Assembly (NCBI GenBank): GCA_963718615.1
Contig: OY970368.1
Span: 544,001-608,000 of the forward strand
Direction of reading: 5' to 3'
Source of the DNA: an uncultured cyanobacterium
GTDB lineage: Bacteria; Cyanobacteriota; Cyanobacteriia; PCC-9006; JAAUQQ01
Length of the DNA stretch: 64,000 nucleotides
In this document: positions 40,177 through 50,400 of the stretch, one piece after another
Numbering within the stretch: the stretch's first letter is position 1
How the letters are laid out: every line of letters begins with the position of its first letter
Notes under the pieces: model-generated
What the model was told of the DNA's origin: nothing
The model's database searches: none
Seen by the model: the letters and a program-made list of their open reading frames with translations, nothing else
Translations under genes and position numbers: made by a program

Positions 40177-41295
40177 CTAGTGCGAAAGCAATACATCATG
40201 GGGTTGAGAAGGATGATAGCCCCAACGATCGAGGGCAAAGCCCCATTCTTCCTCTACTCGTTTTTTCAGGTCAGGAGAGATGCTATAGGAATTTTTTCGA
40301 TACTTGGTATTCGACGTAATATAGTCTCTTAGGGAGTCAGAAACCATATCAAATTCAGAGATATTGAGGGCGCTATAGATGTTAGCCAGAGTATCAAAGG
40401 GATTAGATTCGAGCCCTTCATAGGATATCTCAATGAGATTACCCTCAGGAATAAGCCCCTGATCATCAATGAAACGGGTCATCACCTCCCGATAAAGATA
40501 GAATACATTATCTACGACCTCTGTTGTCTCAATATGCTGAAGTCCCCATAACTTTATTAACTTTAGACAGGTATGTAACTTAGAGGTGAAGACCGTATAA
40601 GGATCGCGGTAGATATGAATGAATTTAGCATTGGGAAACATTTCGAGTAATGTTGATATCCGAGCCGTATTCGCAGGGCTTTTAAGCAGAAGCTGCCGAT
40701 TTTGACAACCTACAGAAGCCATTTTAAGAACTTTTAGATAGCTATCTTTCCAATGCTGGTACTCCTGCTCTGAAATACCGTCAAACAACACTGACTGCCT
40801 AAAAATCGTTCGGGTCTGTTTTGGGAAAAAGAAACTGTGAATATAGCTGTATCGACACAAACCAGCCATCGCGAGTTCTTCTTCCTCAGGCTTATGAATC
40901 GAAAGCTCGACATTATCCATAGGCCGCGTCTTCGGTAAGCTAGCTAATACCATAGCGCGTGGAATCGGGCTGTCTCGTAAGAAGAGTTCGGGGACCCAAG
41001 CTTGATAGGAAGAAGTATAGCCAAATCGTGGATCCTGACTCATCAAGTGGTGAAGATAAGTGGTCCCACTGCGCCAATGACCCAGAATGAAAATCGGCTC
41101 TGGCTCCAAAATGACATCGGGAAGAAGCCGTTGTAGCCTTTTTCTTTCGAGGCTCCGCTCAATCCCCCCTAAAGAACTCAGTGCAGCGGCGGGCAATAAA
41201 CGGGGCAAGAAAGAGACGTCGCTACCATAGGTTTTTAGCAAGTAGGCTAGATTGGAGAAGGAAGCGCCTGATAGGGGGTGTAAGTTCAGCGACAT
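40177..41295 (-). CDS. Sulfotransferase (Sulfotransfer_3 / Stf3-like), paralog B
   Basis: ILGHWRSGTTYLHHLMS, RPMDN, PEEEE, LLKSPANTARI, HIYRDP. Confidence 0.9.
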   Translation of the reverse strand: MSLNLHPLSGASFSNLAYLLKTYGSDVSFLPRLLPAAALSSLGGIERSLERKRLQRLLPDVILEPEPIFILGHWRSGTTYLHHLMSQDPRFGYTSSYQAWVPELFLRDSPIPRAMVLASLPKTRPMDNVELSIHKPEEEELAMAGLCRYSYIHSFFFPKQTRTIFRQSVLFDGISEQEYQHWKDSYLKVLKMASVGCQNRQLLLKSPANTARISTLLEMFPNAKFIHIYRDPYTVFTSKLHTCLKLIKLWGLQHIETTEVVDNVFYLYREVMTRFIDDQGLIPEGNLIEISYEGLESNPFDTLANIYSALNISEFDMVSDSLRDYITSNTKYRKNSYSISPDLKKRVEEEWGFALDRWGYHPSQPHDVLLSH

Positions 41296-41352
41296 TGAGA
41301 TTCCCTAGAGTGATGAATAGTAAGCCGGAGAGTTATTAATCATAGACAGCAG

Positions 41353-42669
41353 TCATCCTGTAGGTGAGGACTTGACTTCATCAATCGGATAGTTTGACAC
41401 AATTGGCTGCCGTCGCCAACGCTGGGGCAGATATTGGGAGGCAAACAAGATTCTCACAGCACTAAAGGCGTGGGTTAGGTGGGTAAACGGCACAATAAAA
41501 ACAAGACCCAGTGTTGATACAATCCCCTGAGAAGACCGAGCAATGGGAGTTGAACCCGCAGCAACAACGAAGCGTTCGGCGGTCAGAATTAAAAGAACTA
41601 GCGCAAATAGATAAATACAATACCCAGATAAAATCCAGCGGAGCGTCCAAACATCCCCTGCGATCGCACTCGTAGATAATTTCCACAGAAAGCGCAGGTT
41701 GGTCAGCGAAACGAAAACACCTTGGGCGGCGAGAAGAATCCAAAATCGATGGTGACGTCGCAAAGCCCCCAGACGCTGCCGAATTTCTTGGCTGAGGTGA
41801 GGGGGATCGAGGGGCGATCGCCGCATATCCATGAGAGAGCCTACAAATCGAATCCTCTGGCCATCTTGATGCAATAACTGTCCCAGGGCCACATCCGTAA
41901 GACCCATATTTCGCCAACGTTCTAGCACCAGATTGTCCGTCAAATAAGCGGTTCTCACGGCCATTGAACCGTTCCAGAGAATGCGAGAGACACAAATCAT
42001 TTGAATGGCGGCGATGCCATTCCAGGCATACTGAGCCAGTTCTTGTAGACCGGCCAGAGGATGGCGCGATCGCGGTGGATGACGATGCCAAGGATAACTC
42101 GTAGTTGCAGTCATACCTTGCAGCGCTAGGGGAGCAACCAATTCACGCAACCAGGTTGAGCAGAGCGTGAGCTGTGGACTCACCATGGCCAAGACTTCCG
42201 GGGAAGAGGTGAAACCTTTCTGAATGAAAGACAAGACCTGGGCATAGGCTGCGTGGAAAAATTGATTGAGGTTATGCAGTTCCTTAGGGGTTTCTAAACT
42301 AGAATATTCAACCGGAATACTCGGATATTCAGCCAACAATTGGTTTAGAAGACTCTGATCAATTTCACCACGGGGATCTAAAATAATTTGCAGTTGGTAA
42401 TTAGGATAATCCTGGGTTAGTAAAGAACGTAAACAAACAGCCTCTTGGCGACCTAATTCACGCAAAGGTAAGACAACCAAAGCGCTGGGTAGATTATAAC
42501 CAATCTCTGACAAAGAAATGGCGCAAGCGCGAGTTCCTCGGAGACGAAAGCATAAAAAGACCCACAGCCCCAAGTGAAAGTAAGAAAGCAATAACAGGTT
42601 CCAAAAGAGAAAGGGAACGCTTAATAAAAACGAAATAAAATCTTGCATCTGGCCATCTCGATGGGGCAC
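41353..42669 (-). CDS. Divergent GT21-like membrane glycosyltransferase paralog lacking DxD
   Basis: Shares LLTQDYPNY, TWLRELV.PL, W.GSMA and TM layout with 32422..33681, but catalytic motifs are altered; start possibly 42648. Confidence 0.7.
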   Translation of the reverse strand: MPHRDGQMQDFISFLLSVPFLFWNLLLLSYFHLGLWVFLCFRLRGTRACAISLSEIGYNLPSALVVLPLRELGRQEAVCLRSLLTQDYPNYQLQIILDPRGEIDQSLLNQLLAEYPSIPVEYSSLETPKELHNLNQFFHAAYAQVLSFIQKGFTSSPEVLAMVSPQLTLCSTWLRELVAPLALQGMTATTSYPWHRHPPRSRHPLAGLQELAQYAWNGIAAIQMICVSRILWNGSMAVRTAYLTDNLVLERWRNMGLTDVALGQLLHQDGQRIRFVGSLMDMRRSPLDPPHLSQEIRQRLGALRRHHRFWILLAAQGVFVSLTNLRFLWKLSTSAIAGDVWTLRWILSGYCIYLFALVLLILTAERFVVAAGSTPIARSSQGIVSTLGLVFIVPFTHLTHAFSAVRILFASQYLPQRWRRQPIVSNYPIDEVKSSPTG

Positions 42670-42756
42670 ATTCTCATAGATACATTCATCATAGGAGAAG
42701 GCTGAAGAAAAAACACCTCTCGTATCTACGACTACGACGACTCGGATTAACGATCA

Positions 42757-43614
42757 CTAGGATTTGAGACTCGCAAGCTGATGCTTCGCCTTGAGAGCGA
42801 TCGCCCGCTGTCGATTGAGCTCTGTCACCCCCAAGGAATGGGAAACCCAATCTCCAAAAGCTGGGAACAATTGCCGAATAGCAGAGGTTGCCCGAGCCGA
42901 AAATTCTAGGGCAGTTCCTTGATTCACAATCAACTCTGCACGATTCGTCAGGATAGCCGTTATGACACCCTCAGCAACGCGGGATGGGGGAGAAATACCC
43001 GAAAGTTTGGGCGCAGGCAGATGAGTGTTTGCAAACATCCCTAACTGCGCAATATAGCCGGGGCAGACCACAGAGGTTTTGACTGCCGTATGGGCCAATT
43101 CTTGCCGAAGCGAATCACTCCAGAGCAGCAAACCTGCCTTACTTGCAGCATAAACGCTATCGTAGGGATGTGCCATTTTTGCAGCAAGCGAAGCAATATT
43201 AACGATATGACCCTGCTGGCGAGCCAAAAATCCGGGCAATAACAGTCGGGTTAATTCCATGGCCGCAATGAGATTAATCGCCAACACATCCTGCATATGA
43301 CCCAGAGAACAATCCTCAAAGGCTCGATAGCTTGAAACGCCCGCGTTATTAATCAAAATATCAACCGGGCCGTGTTCATACTCAATTTGCTCGATCAAGC
43401 GAGCTAGAGTTTCTGAGGCAGACAAATCCCAAACAACGCTGAAGGCTTTTCCGCCCACCGCCTGTAACGCTTGACTCCAAGCATCAAGTTGAAGTTGAGC
43501 AATATCAACGCCAATCACATACGCGCCCTCTTGACAAAGACGTTGCCCAATATAAGTTCCCAGACCACCCCCTGCTCCCGTTAAGATAACCTTCTTTCCC
43601 AATAGGTTTGTCAT
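42757..43614 (-). CDS. HetN-like short-chain dehydrogenase/ketoreductase
   Basis: MTNLLGKKVILTGAGGGLGTYI, DILINNAG, MELTRLLLP, IVNIASLA, YDSVYAASKAGLLLWSDSLRQEL; same position as hetN (after hglB) in hgl clusters. Confidence 0.82.
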   Translation of the reverse strand: MTNLLGKKVILTGAGGGLGTYIGQRLCQEGAYVIGVDIAQLQLDAWSQALQAVGGKAFSVVWDLSASETLARLIEQIEYEHGPVDILINNAGVSSYRAFEDCSLGHMQDVLAINLIAAMELTRLLLPGFLARQQGHIVNIASLAAKMAHPYDSVYAASKAGLLLWSDSLRQELAHTAVKTSVVCPGYIAQLGMFANTHLPAPKLSGISPPSRVAEGVITAILTNRAELIVNQGTALEFSARATSAIRQLFPAFGDWVSHSLGVTELNRQRAIALKAKHQLASLKS

Positions 43615-43668
43615 TGTATTTAGTAATTTAGAATCCGCAAAATGAGTTCGGAGCAATCGCGAATCCGG

Positions 43669-45114
43669 TTAAGACAGGTTCAGCATGCCAAAGCCAAATG
43701 CGATGCTGACGCTGAAAAGCAATAGCGCTGCGGTGGTCGCGATCGCCTTTTGACGCGGTGTAGAAAGCACATAAAGCAGCTTCGGATTGAGATAGCTAGA
43801 ACTGGGTAATTCCAAGAAGCCACTCTTGATAAAGTAAGACAAAAACCGACCCAAAACCTTTGCGTCCGGCGGCGGACAAACAATGTTGGACCCTTGCAAG
43901 GCTTGCAGCGTTGCATCACAGTTAATCGTGGGTCGCTTATCCGCTGCATTGAGTTCAGGAATGGTCAAGCCATCCTCGTACTCTTGGGTAAAAAAGGGAA
44001 TCAATCGATAGAACGGATTCTCGGGTCCTGTGGCATGGTGCTTCAGGGCTTCGGTCCATTCTCGATAGGGAATCTGCCGAATGGAAATCCCGAGGGACTG
44101 GCAGGCGTTGACCAACTCGCTCAGGGGAACGGGCTGGGGATGTTGCAGGTGAAAGACTTTGCCGAGGGAGTCTGGCTTGAGCGAGAGATAGACAATGGAC
44201 CGGCTCACATAATCCACTGGCGAAGCATCTAGCGTGAAGTTCAAGTCTGGCAGAACACCCATTTGGAAGCACTGCTTGAGCATCATGCAAACGAAGTCAT
44301 TCGTATTGGTAATGCCGGTTTTGCTATCGCCAGAAATGAAGGAAGCGCGGTGGATGGTCACGGGAAGACCGCGATCGCGCGCCAGCATCACAATCTGCTC
44401 CGCCACCCATTTGCTGTGGGAATAGCCGATGAACATGCCCTCGGTGGAATCCAAGGGATCGCTTTCCGTGAGAACCTGACCCGCATAGGTGGGAGATTCA
44501 AACACCGCCACGCTGGAGACGTAATGCACAGGCTTAGTTTTGGATTGGCAAGCCAACCGCAAAATCTCCTGGGTGCCCAAAACATTCGGCTTTTTGAGCG
44601 CGGCATAGGGCAGGATGTAATTGAGCACAGCGGCGCTATGGTAGATCGAATCGACCTGCTGGGCCAACTGCGCAAAGTTCGCTTCGCTCAACCCTAAACG
44701 AGGCTGACTGATATCGCCCAAGACGGGAATAATCCGTTGGGCCGCTGATTCTTGCCAGAGGTTGTAGCGCTCTAGGTTTTGCTTAAGTCGCTGATAGCCC
44801 TCTGCTTCGTCCTGAGCGCGCGTCAAACAATAAATATCAGCGGCGGTTTCTTGCAACAAATCTTGGAGCAGAAACGCACCCAAATAACCCGTTGCTCCCG
44901 TGATAAAAATGGCTTTGGGCTCAGTCAGCAGCGCAGTGACCGGGGTTGCAGGCCGAATTTCTGGGTCTAGTTTGACCTCTGCCTTCAGGTCGAGGGCTTT
45001 AGGGACAAAGGGTTTGTCCTTAGGACGACGCCCCCCTTCTTGTTGCAGGCGAGCCCGCAGCAGTTCCCGCTGTTCTGGGCTGAGTTTGGCCAGCCGCTCG
45101 GATAGGTTATTCAT
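43669..45114 (-). CDS. Thioester reductase (HglB/HetM C-terminal-like; fatty acyl-ACP reductase) with N-terminal docking segment and C-terminal TM
   Basis: DLKAEVKLDPEI, FITGATGYLG, GDISQPRLGL, NVLGTQEILRLA, HYVSS, GYSHSKWVAE, PVDYVS. Confidence 0.9.
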   Translation of the reverse strand: MNNLSERLAKLSPEQRELLRARLQQEGGRRPKDKPFVPKALDLKAEVKLDPEIRPATPVTALLTEPKAIFITGATGYLGAFLLQDLLQETAADIYCLTRAQDEAEGYQRLKQNLERYNLWQESAAQRIIPVLGDISQPRLGLSEANFAQLAQQVDSIYHSAAVLNYILPYAALKKPNVLGTQEILRLACQSKTKPVHYVSSVAVFESPTYAGQVLTESDPLDSTEGMFIGYSHSKWVAEQIVMLARDRGLPVTIHRASFISGDSKTGITNTNDFVCMMLKQCFQMGVLPDLNFTLDASPVDYVSRSIVYLSLKPDSLGKVFHLQHPQPVPLSELVNACQSLGISIRQIPYREWTEALKHHATGPENPFYRLIPFFTQEYEDGLTIPELNAADKRPTINCDATLQALQGSNIVCPPPDAKVLGRFLSYFIKSGFLELPSSSYLNPKLLYVLSTPRQKAIATTAALLLFSVSIAFGFGMLNLS

Positions 45115-45128
45115 CGGTGGTGCCCTCT

Positions 45129-45476
45129 CTAATTGGCCGAGGACGTTTGTTCAACGTCCGCCAGAATTTTCTCTAGGGTGGCGTCATCGACCTGAGCCAG
45201 TAGTTGGTCGTCGGTGTTCTCTTGAGCCTCTTCAGCCAAGCGTTCTGATAAGGTTTCGATAGTGGGATAGTGCCACAGTAGGGTTGGAGCCACTTCAAAT
45301 CCCAAAAATTTTTCAGCTTCTGCCATTAAAGCCATGGCCTTCGCTGAATCTAGACCAAAGTTATCGAGGGTAACGGTCACGTCAATCTCATCCGTATCCA
45401 TGTCGAGCTGGGTTGCCAGCTGGGTGACCATCCAATCCTGAATCGATTCAGCCGTAAACGTTTCCATAGAACTCAT
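45129..45476 (-). CDS. Stand-alone acyl carrier protein (HglB N-terminal-like)
   Basis: IQDWMVTQLA, FGLDSAKA phosphopantetheine site, PTLLWHYPTIETLS; acidic C-terminal tail. Confidence 0.92.
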   Translation of the reverse strand: MSSMETFTAESIQDWMVTQLATQLDMDTDEIDVTVTLDNFGLDSAKAMALMAEAEKFLGFEVAPTLLWHYPTIETLSERLAEEAQENTDDQLLAQVDDATLEKILADVEQTSSAN

Positions 45477-45763
45477 AGAATTTACTCAATTTACCTAATT
45501 TAAACCCATTTAATTTTAAAGCGTTCGATAGATTCAAGGGAGCGATCGCAAGGTTACGGTCAAGAACGGGTCGCGAATCCTATCGCCGAAATCGATTTCA
45601 GAAGTTCAATCTACAGAGATACTACTATAGTTTTACTTTTCTTCTGCTCATGGAAAGCGCAGCGAGAAACTTCATGAAAGCTTAAATTCAGTGTTAATTT
45701 TCCAACTGTAAATTCCACAGTTTTTCTCCCGGTTGAAGCCGATGGCTGGCACCCTCAAAACAG

Positions 45764-47410
45764 TCAGGGCAGCGGACGATAGGCGCTTAGGGCCGCAGGT
45801 AATCGAATCCCCTGAAGGCTGAGGGTTTGAATCCGGTAGTTATAGGCTGCACCCACGAGGAGCTGATGACCGACCTCCACCACCTGGCGCTGGGCCGCAG
45901 GTTGCAAATGGGAGCCTCGAACCCATTCGTTAAACGCGCCCATGGCTGGACCACACCAAATTTGGTAGTCCATTTTGCGGGCGGGGTCGGCATTTCTGGC
46001 CCAGCGGGAGGAGAGGCCCAGGTAGCGGCGGAAAATCAGAGCCATCTGGAGTTTAGGATTTTTGCTGGCCCGTTCGAGCTTGGCGGGATTGCGTTGGCTC
46101 AAGTAATCGGCGACCTCTTGCCAAGCAGCGTCGAAGGATTGCTGGAGGACTTGCTTTTCGATTTTTTCCCGTTCGGCAGGGGGGATATCGGCGATCGCCT
46201 CATAGGCCCGATAAATCTCGTAGAGCTTTTGAGCCCGCATTGGGAAAAACGTTCCTTTCTTGAGCACCTGTACCTTCACCCCATCCTCGAACATATCCGC
46301 AGCGGGAGCCTGGGTGACATCGGCCATTTCCGCCTTGGTCAGGAGTTCCTTGGTATGGTCCGAGGTGCCTGCTTCTACACAGGATTGGTTGATTGAACCG
46401 GTAACCACGTAGGCCGCGCCCATCATGAAGGCCCCCAGAACGGCTTCCGGGGTGGCAATGCCGCCCGCTGCACCGATCCGCACAGGTTGGCCATAGTTTT
46501 GCTCCGCCTGGATTTGGTCGCGAATAGCAATCATCCCCGGCAAAATACACACCAGCGGTCGATTGTCCGTATGGCCGCCGGAATCGGCTTCCACGGTGAT
46601 GTCATCGGCCATGGGAACCGATTGGGCGAGCTGGGCCTGTTGGGACGTAATCAGCCCTTGTTCGACCAAATCCTTGAGGATCCGTTCGGGGGCGGGTCGC
46701 ATGAATTTGGAGGCGACTTCCTGGCGGGAAACCTTGGCAATTACACGGTTGTGGACTTCGATTTGGTTGGCGGCATTAAGCTGAAGTCCGGCGACACGGT
46801 AGTAAACGATATTGGGCGTCAGGGCCAAAAAGGCTGAAGCTTCGACGGTGCGAACGCCATATTTGAGATATAAATCCACCACGGCCCGTTCTGCGGCTTG
46901 GTCATGGGGATTGTGGAGCAGATTAAAGGCGTAGGGGCCGTGGGGGAGGGCTTGCTGGATCTGGGCGATCGCTCCCTCAACCCGCTCCAAGGACAATCCG
47001 CCAGTCCCCATCGAGCCCATCAATCCCGCTCGACCCAAGGCAATCACCATCTCCTCCGAGGCAATGCCGCCAGCCATGGCTCCGGCCATGTAGGCGTAGG
47101 AGGTGCGATGACAGGTTAAAAAGCTCGAATCCCCCAGATTTTGCAGGGGTAACGGGGGAAGCGTGGCGAGGAGTTCTGCTTGACCCGTGGTTTGGCCGGG
47201 AAGGGTTGGGCTGGCGATCGCCCCACTCTGGGTCACTCCCACCTGTCCCTGCCAACGCACGACAAACAGGGACTGATCTAACTGCAAAAGCAATTGCCGA
47301 ATCTCAGCTTCGCCCCAAACCAAGCTGGAGGGGTCGCCCTGCCAAAACTGTGAATGACCTGAACTAAGCGGACTTTGCAAAATCGGTTGGGAAAGCGTCG
47401 CTGGAATCAT
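45764..47410 (-). CDS. PfaD/HglA-family trans-acting enoyl reductase
   Basis: YMAGAMAGGIAS, VEASAF, IAKVSR, EADSGGHTDNRP, GAAYVVTGSINQ, APAADMFE, DYQIWCGPAMGAFN. Confidence 0.95.
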   Translation of the reverse strand: MIPATLSQPILQSPLSSGHSQFWQGDPSSLVWGEAEIRQLLLQLDQSLFVVRWQGQVGVTQSGAIASPTLPGQTTGQAELLATLPPLPLQNLGDSSFLTCHRTSYAYMAGAMAGGIASEEMVIALGRAGLMGSMGTGGLSLERVEGAIAQIQQALPHGPYAFNLLHNPHDQAAERAVVDLYLKYGVRTVEASAFLALTPNIVYYRVAGLQLNAANQIEVHNRVIAKVSRQEVASKFMRPAPERILKDLVEQGLITSQQAQLAQSVPMADDITVEADSGGHTDNRPLVCILPGMIAIRDQIQAEQNYGQPVRIGAAGGIATPEAVLGAFMMGAAYVVTGSINQSCVEAGTSDHTKELLTKAEMADVTQAPAADMFEDGVKVQVLKKGTFFPMRAQKLYEIYRAYEAIADIPPAEREKIEKQVLQQSFDAAWQEVADYLSQRNPAKLERASKNPKLQMALIFRRYLGLSSRWARNADPARKMDYQIWCGPAMGAFNEWVRGSHLQPAAQRQVVEVGHQLLVGAAYNYRIQTLSLQGIRLPAALSAYRPLP

Positions 47411-47458
47411 AGGGAGTAAATAGGGAATTCGTATAGGGGGTTGGTCATCGCAACCGGC

Positions 47459-50400
47459 TTAGGTCCGAGAGGAGGTGGGCTGGGCCTCTGAATCCTCGGC
47501 GGTCTCCGGATCGTCTTGTAAGGTTTCCCTGGCCTGGGTTAAATGCAGCTCAATCAGGTCGCGCAAGCTGTGTAATCCGGCTTGGCGATTTTTGAGAAAG
47601 GCGGCGTGGGCTTGGCTCATGGCGGTTTGGGACTCGACTAGAGCGGGAGTTGGGGGGTTGGGGGGTTGGGGGGTTGGGAGGGCTGGAACGGGAGGGGCTG
47701 GAACGGGAGGAGAGGCGATCGCGCCTGCCATTGGGTTGACGAATTCAGGCAGTTTTACGGGCTCAGGCGGTTTCACGGGCTCAGGCGGTTTCACGGGCTC
47801 AGGCGGCTGAACAGGAGCAGCCTGACGTTTGATCTGAACGTCCTTAAATTTCTGGCGATTCTGATCGCTCAAAATCGTCTGCTGAATTGCAGGCCCACCC
47901 AAGGGAATCGTTTTGACCATCGTTGTCCGCTTTTGGGGTTGCGGCGCATCCGTGCCGTAAAGGGGCGTCAAATCGACGGGGACTCGGTGACTGACAAGCC
48001 GAGCCAAGGCGCGCACGATGGAGCTATGGTCATCCATGCCACGACGGTTGAGCAGTGTTGTCAGGTGGGGCTTATCCTTGAGGGTTTCGCTAATCCAGCG
48101 GGAGCAGGTGCCGCCTGCCCCGACTTCAACGAAGATCCGCGCCCCATCGTCATAGATCTGATTGACGAGGCGAGGGAAATCCAGTGGGTTGCAAAGGTTC
48201 GTCGCAATGCTGCGGCCAATTTCCTGGCTTTCCACGGCGATGGGCTGGTAGGCCGCTGCGGAATAAAACTTGACGGGGGGTCGGTTGTGGACCGCTAGGC
48301 CGTTGAGCTTGACCAGTTCGTCATACTCCGAGGCCATGGCAGGACAGTGGATAACGTGGTTGAAGGGAGCCCGGAAGGCGTTGCAGCCCAGCTTTTCAAT
48401 CACCTGCTTACAGGCATCAGGATGGCCCGCGATCACGACTTCGTTGGGGGTGTTGATCTGGGTGAGATAGGCTCGTTCAACGGTTGCGACGACGGTACGA
48501 ACGTCTTCGACGGGGGCAACCAGGACAAAATTGCTCCAGAGATCTTGGCCATCGGCTGCGGTGACCGTTGGCAGGCCCCAATGTTCGCGGACGGCGTTTT
48601 TGGGTCCCGAGAGGCGATCGCCAAACAAAGGCGACTGGGCCAAGGAGTGACTGCCCTGGCCAAACTCCGAGTTGGCAAAGACGCCTTGGGAAAGCATCAT
48701 GCTGGTTTCTCCGAGGCTGTAGCCCAGGGCCATGTCGGGCTGAAGCTTGAAATAATTTTGCAAAATCGAGGTGGTAAACCCAGCGCAGCCAATTTCCGCT
48801 TCAAACATCGCTAGGGGATCCGCCAGAAGACGATTATCTAGGTCTTCAAGCTGACGGCGGGTGAGGGCGTTGAGGCTGCGGGGGTAAATGGCTCGGTCAA
48901 TGCCAACCAGGCGATCGCCCAAATTGGAGAGCATGGGGTCGTTAAAAATCTCCGGGAAGAGCCGGAAGCGATCGCGAGCCTGCCCCACATAGGCACTAAA
49001 GGCCCCAGGATAAACAAAGGCTACTTTTCCCTGGGCTCCCTGGGGCCGAGCGGTGAAAAAGCTGCCGCCGGGGGTTTGCCAGTCTTCGCCGGTTTCAAAG
49101 GCCTTGGCCAGGGTTTCGAGGGCCTTGCCAGTTTCCCGCCGGAGGCTTTTGGGTTTGTTGCCCACGAGGGTGAGGGCATAGGGCAGGTGGGTTTCCTGTT
49201 GGTACGCCTGGAATGTGGCTTTGGCCAGGGCTGAAAGCGATTCGCCAGTTTCAGGTTGGGTTTCGAGCTGGGCTAAGAGGGCAGAGAGCTTGGCTTCGAG
49301 ACTGGGGCGATCGCTCGCGGCCAGCGGAAACAAATAAAACGGCGTCTGCTCCAAATACCGACTTGACCGATGCACTTGGGCCAAATCTTCCGACAAGATC
49401 AAATGGGCGACGGTCCCGCCAATTCCCAGATGACTGACTGCTGCGCGCCGCTTGCCGCCCGTGGCCACGAGCCAACCTCGAGATTCCTGGGGCACATAGA
49501 AGGGGGTACCCACCCAGCGCTCGGCCTCTTGGGGCGCAGACCATTTGGGGAGGGCTGGAAGATAACGATGATAGAGACAGAGGGCCGTTTTAATCAGACT
49601 CGCCATAGTGGCTGCAACGCCCGTATAGCCAATGTTGGCGGTGACGCTGCCGAGGGCGCAGGTGAGGTCGTCGCCTCGGTAGGCTTGGGTAATGCCTTGG
49701 CATTCGAGGCGATCGCGTTCCGGCATACCACTGCCACAGACTTCCAGATAGCCAATTTCCGCTGCGCTGATTCCCACCCGCCCGTGGGCAAGGGTACAGG
49801 TCTGCGCCAAATCCTTGGCCCAGCCAAATTCCATGGCATCAACAACGGCATAAATCCGATCCTGGGTCTGTTGAGCCGCTTCTAAACGCTTCAGCACAAC
49901 CGCCCCCGCCCCTTCACCCACCATGGAGCCCGTGGCCTTTTGGTCATAGCTCAGCGTGGGTACGCCGCGATTGACCTGGGCTTCCCGGTTGCGCAGGAGC
50001 ACCTGCTCAAACCCTCCGGCCAAATCCACCGCACCCACCACCACGGCATCGGCATGACCATGGGCCAGCAGATTCTGCGCCACTTCGAGGGCCTTCACCG
50101 TGGAATCCTCGCCCGCGCTGAGCGTAAACGAGGGCGCGTTAAAATCCCATAGCGCCGAAATCCGGCTGGGCATGATATTGCCGATATAGCCCACATATTC
50201 GCTCGTCTGGGCCGGACCATGGATGCTGTCCTTGAGAATCGCTTCCAGCTCCAACCGCTGGGTTTCTGGCATCTCGGCCCGCTGTTCCGCTAGGCCATCT
50301 TTCACCTGCCAAGCAAAATTCCAACGCTGCTGGAGCTGGTGAATCGATAATTCCGTTTCCATGGCGATGATCACCGCCACAGCTTGGCCTTCTTGGATTT

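Noticed and set aside
25383-41295. Independent O-antigen/EPS locus
   Set aside because: No Wzx/Wzy/Wzm/Wzt or chain-length genes; the GTs are lipid-acceptor types and the block is enclosed by the ether and PKS operons. Not fully excluded.
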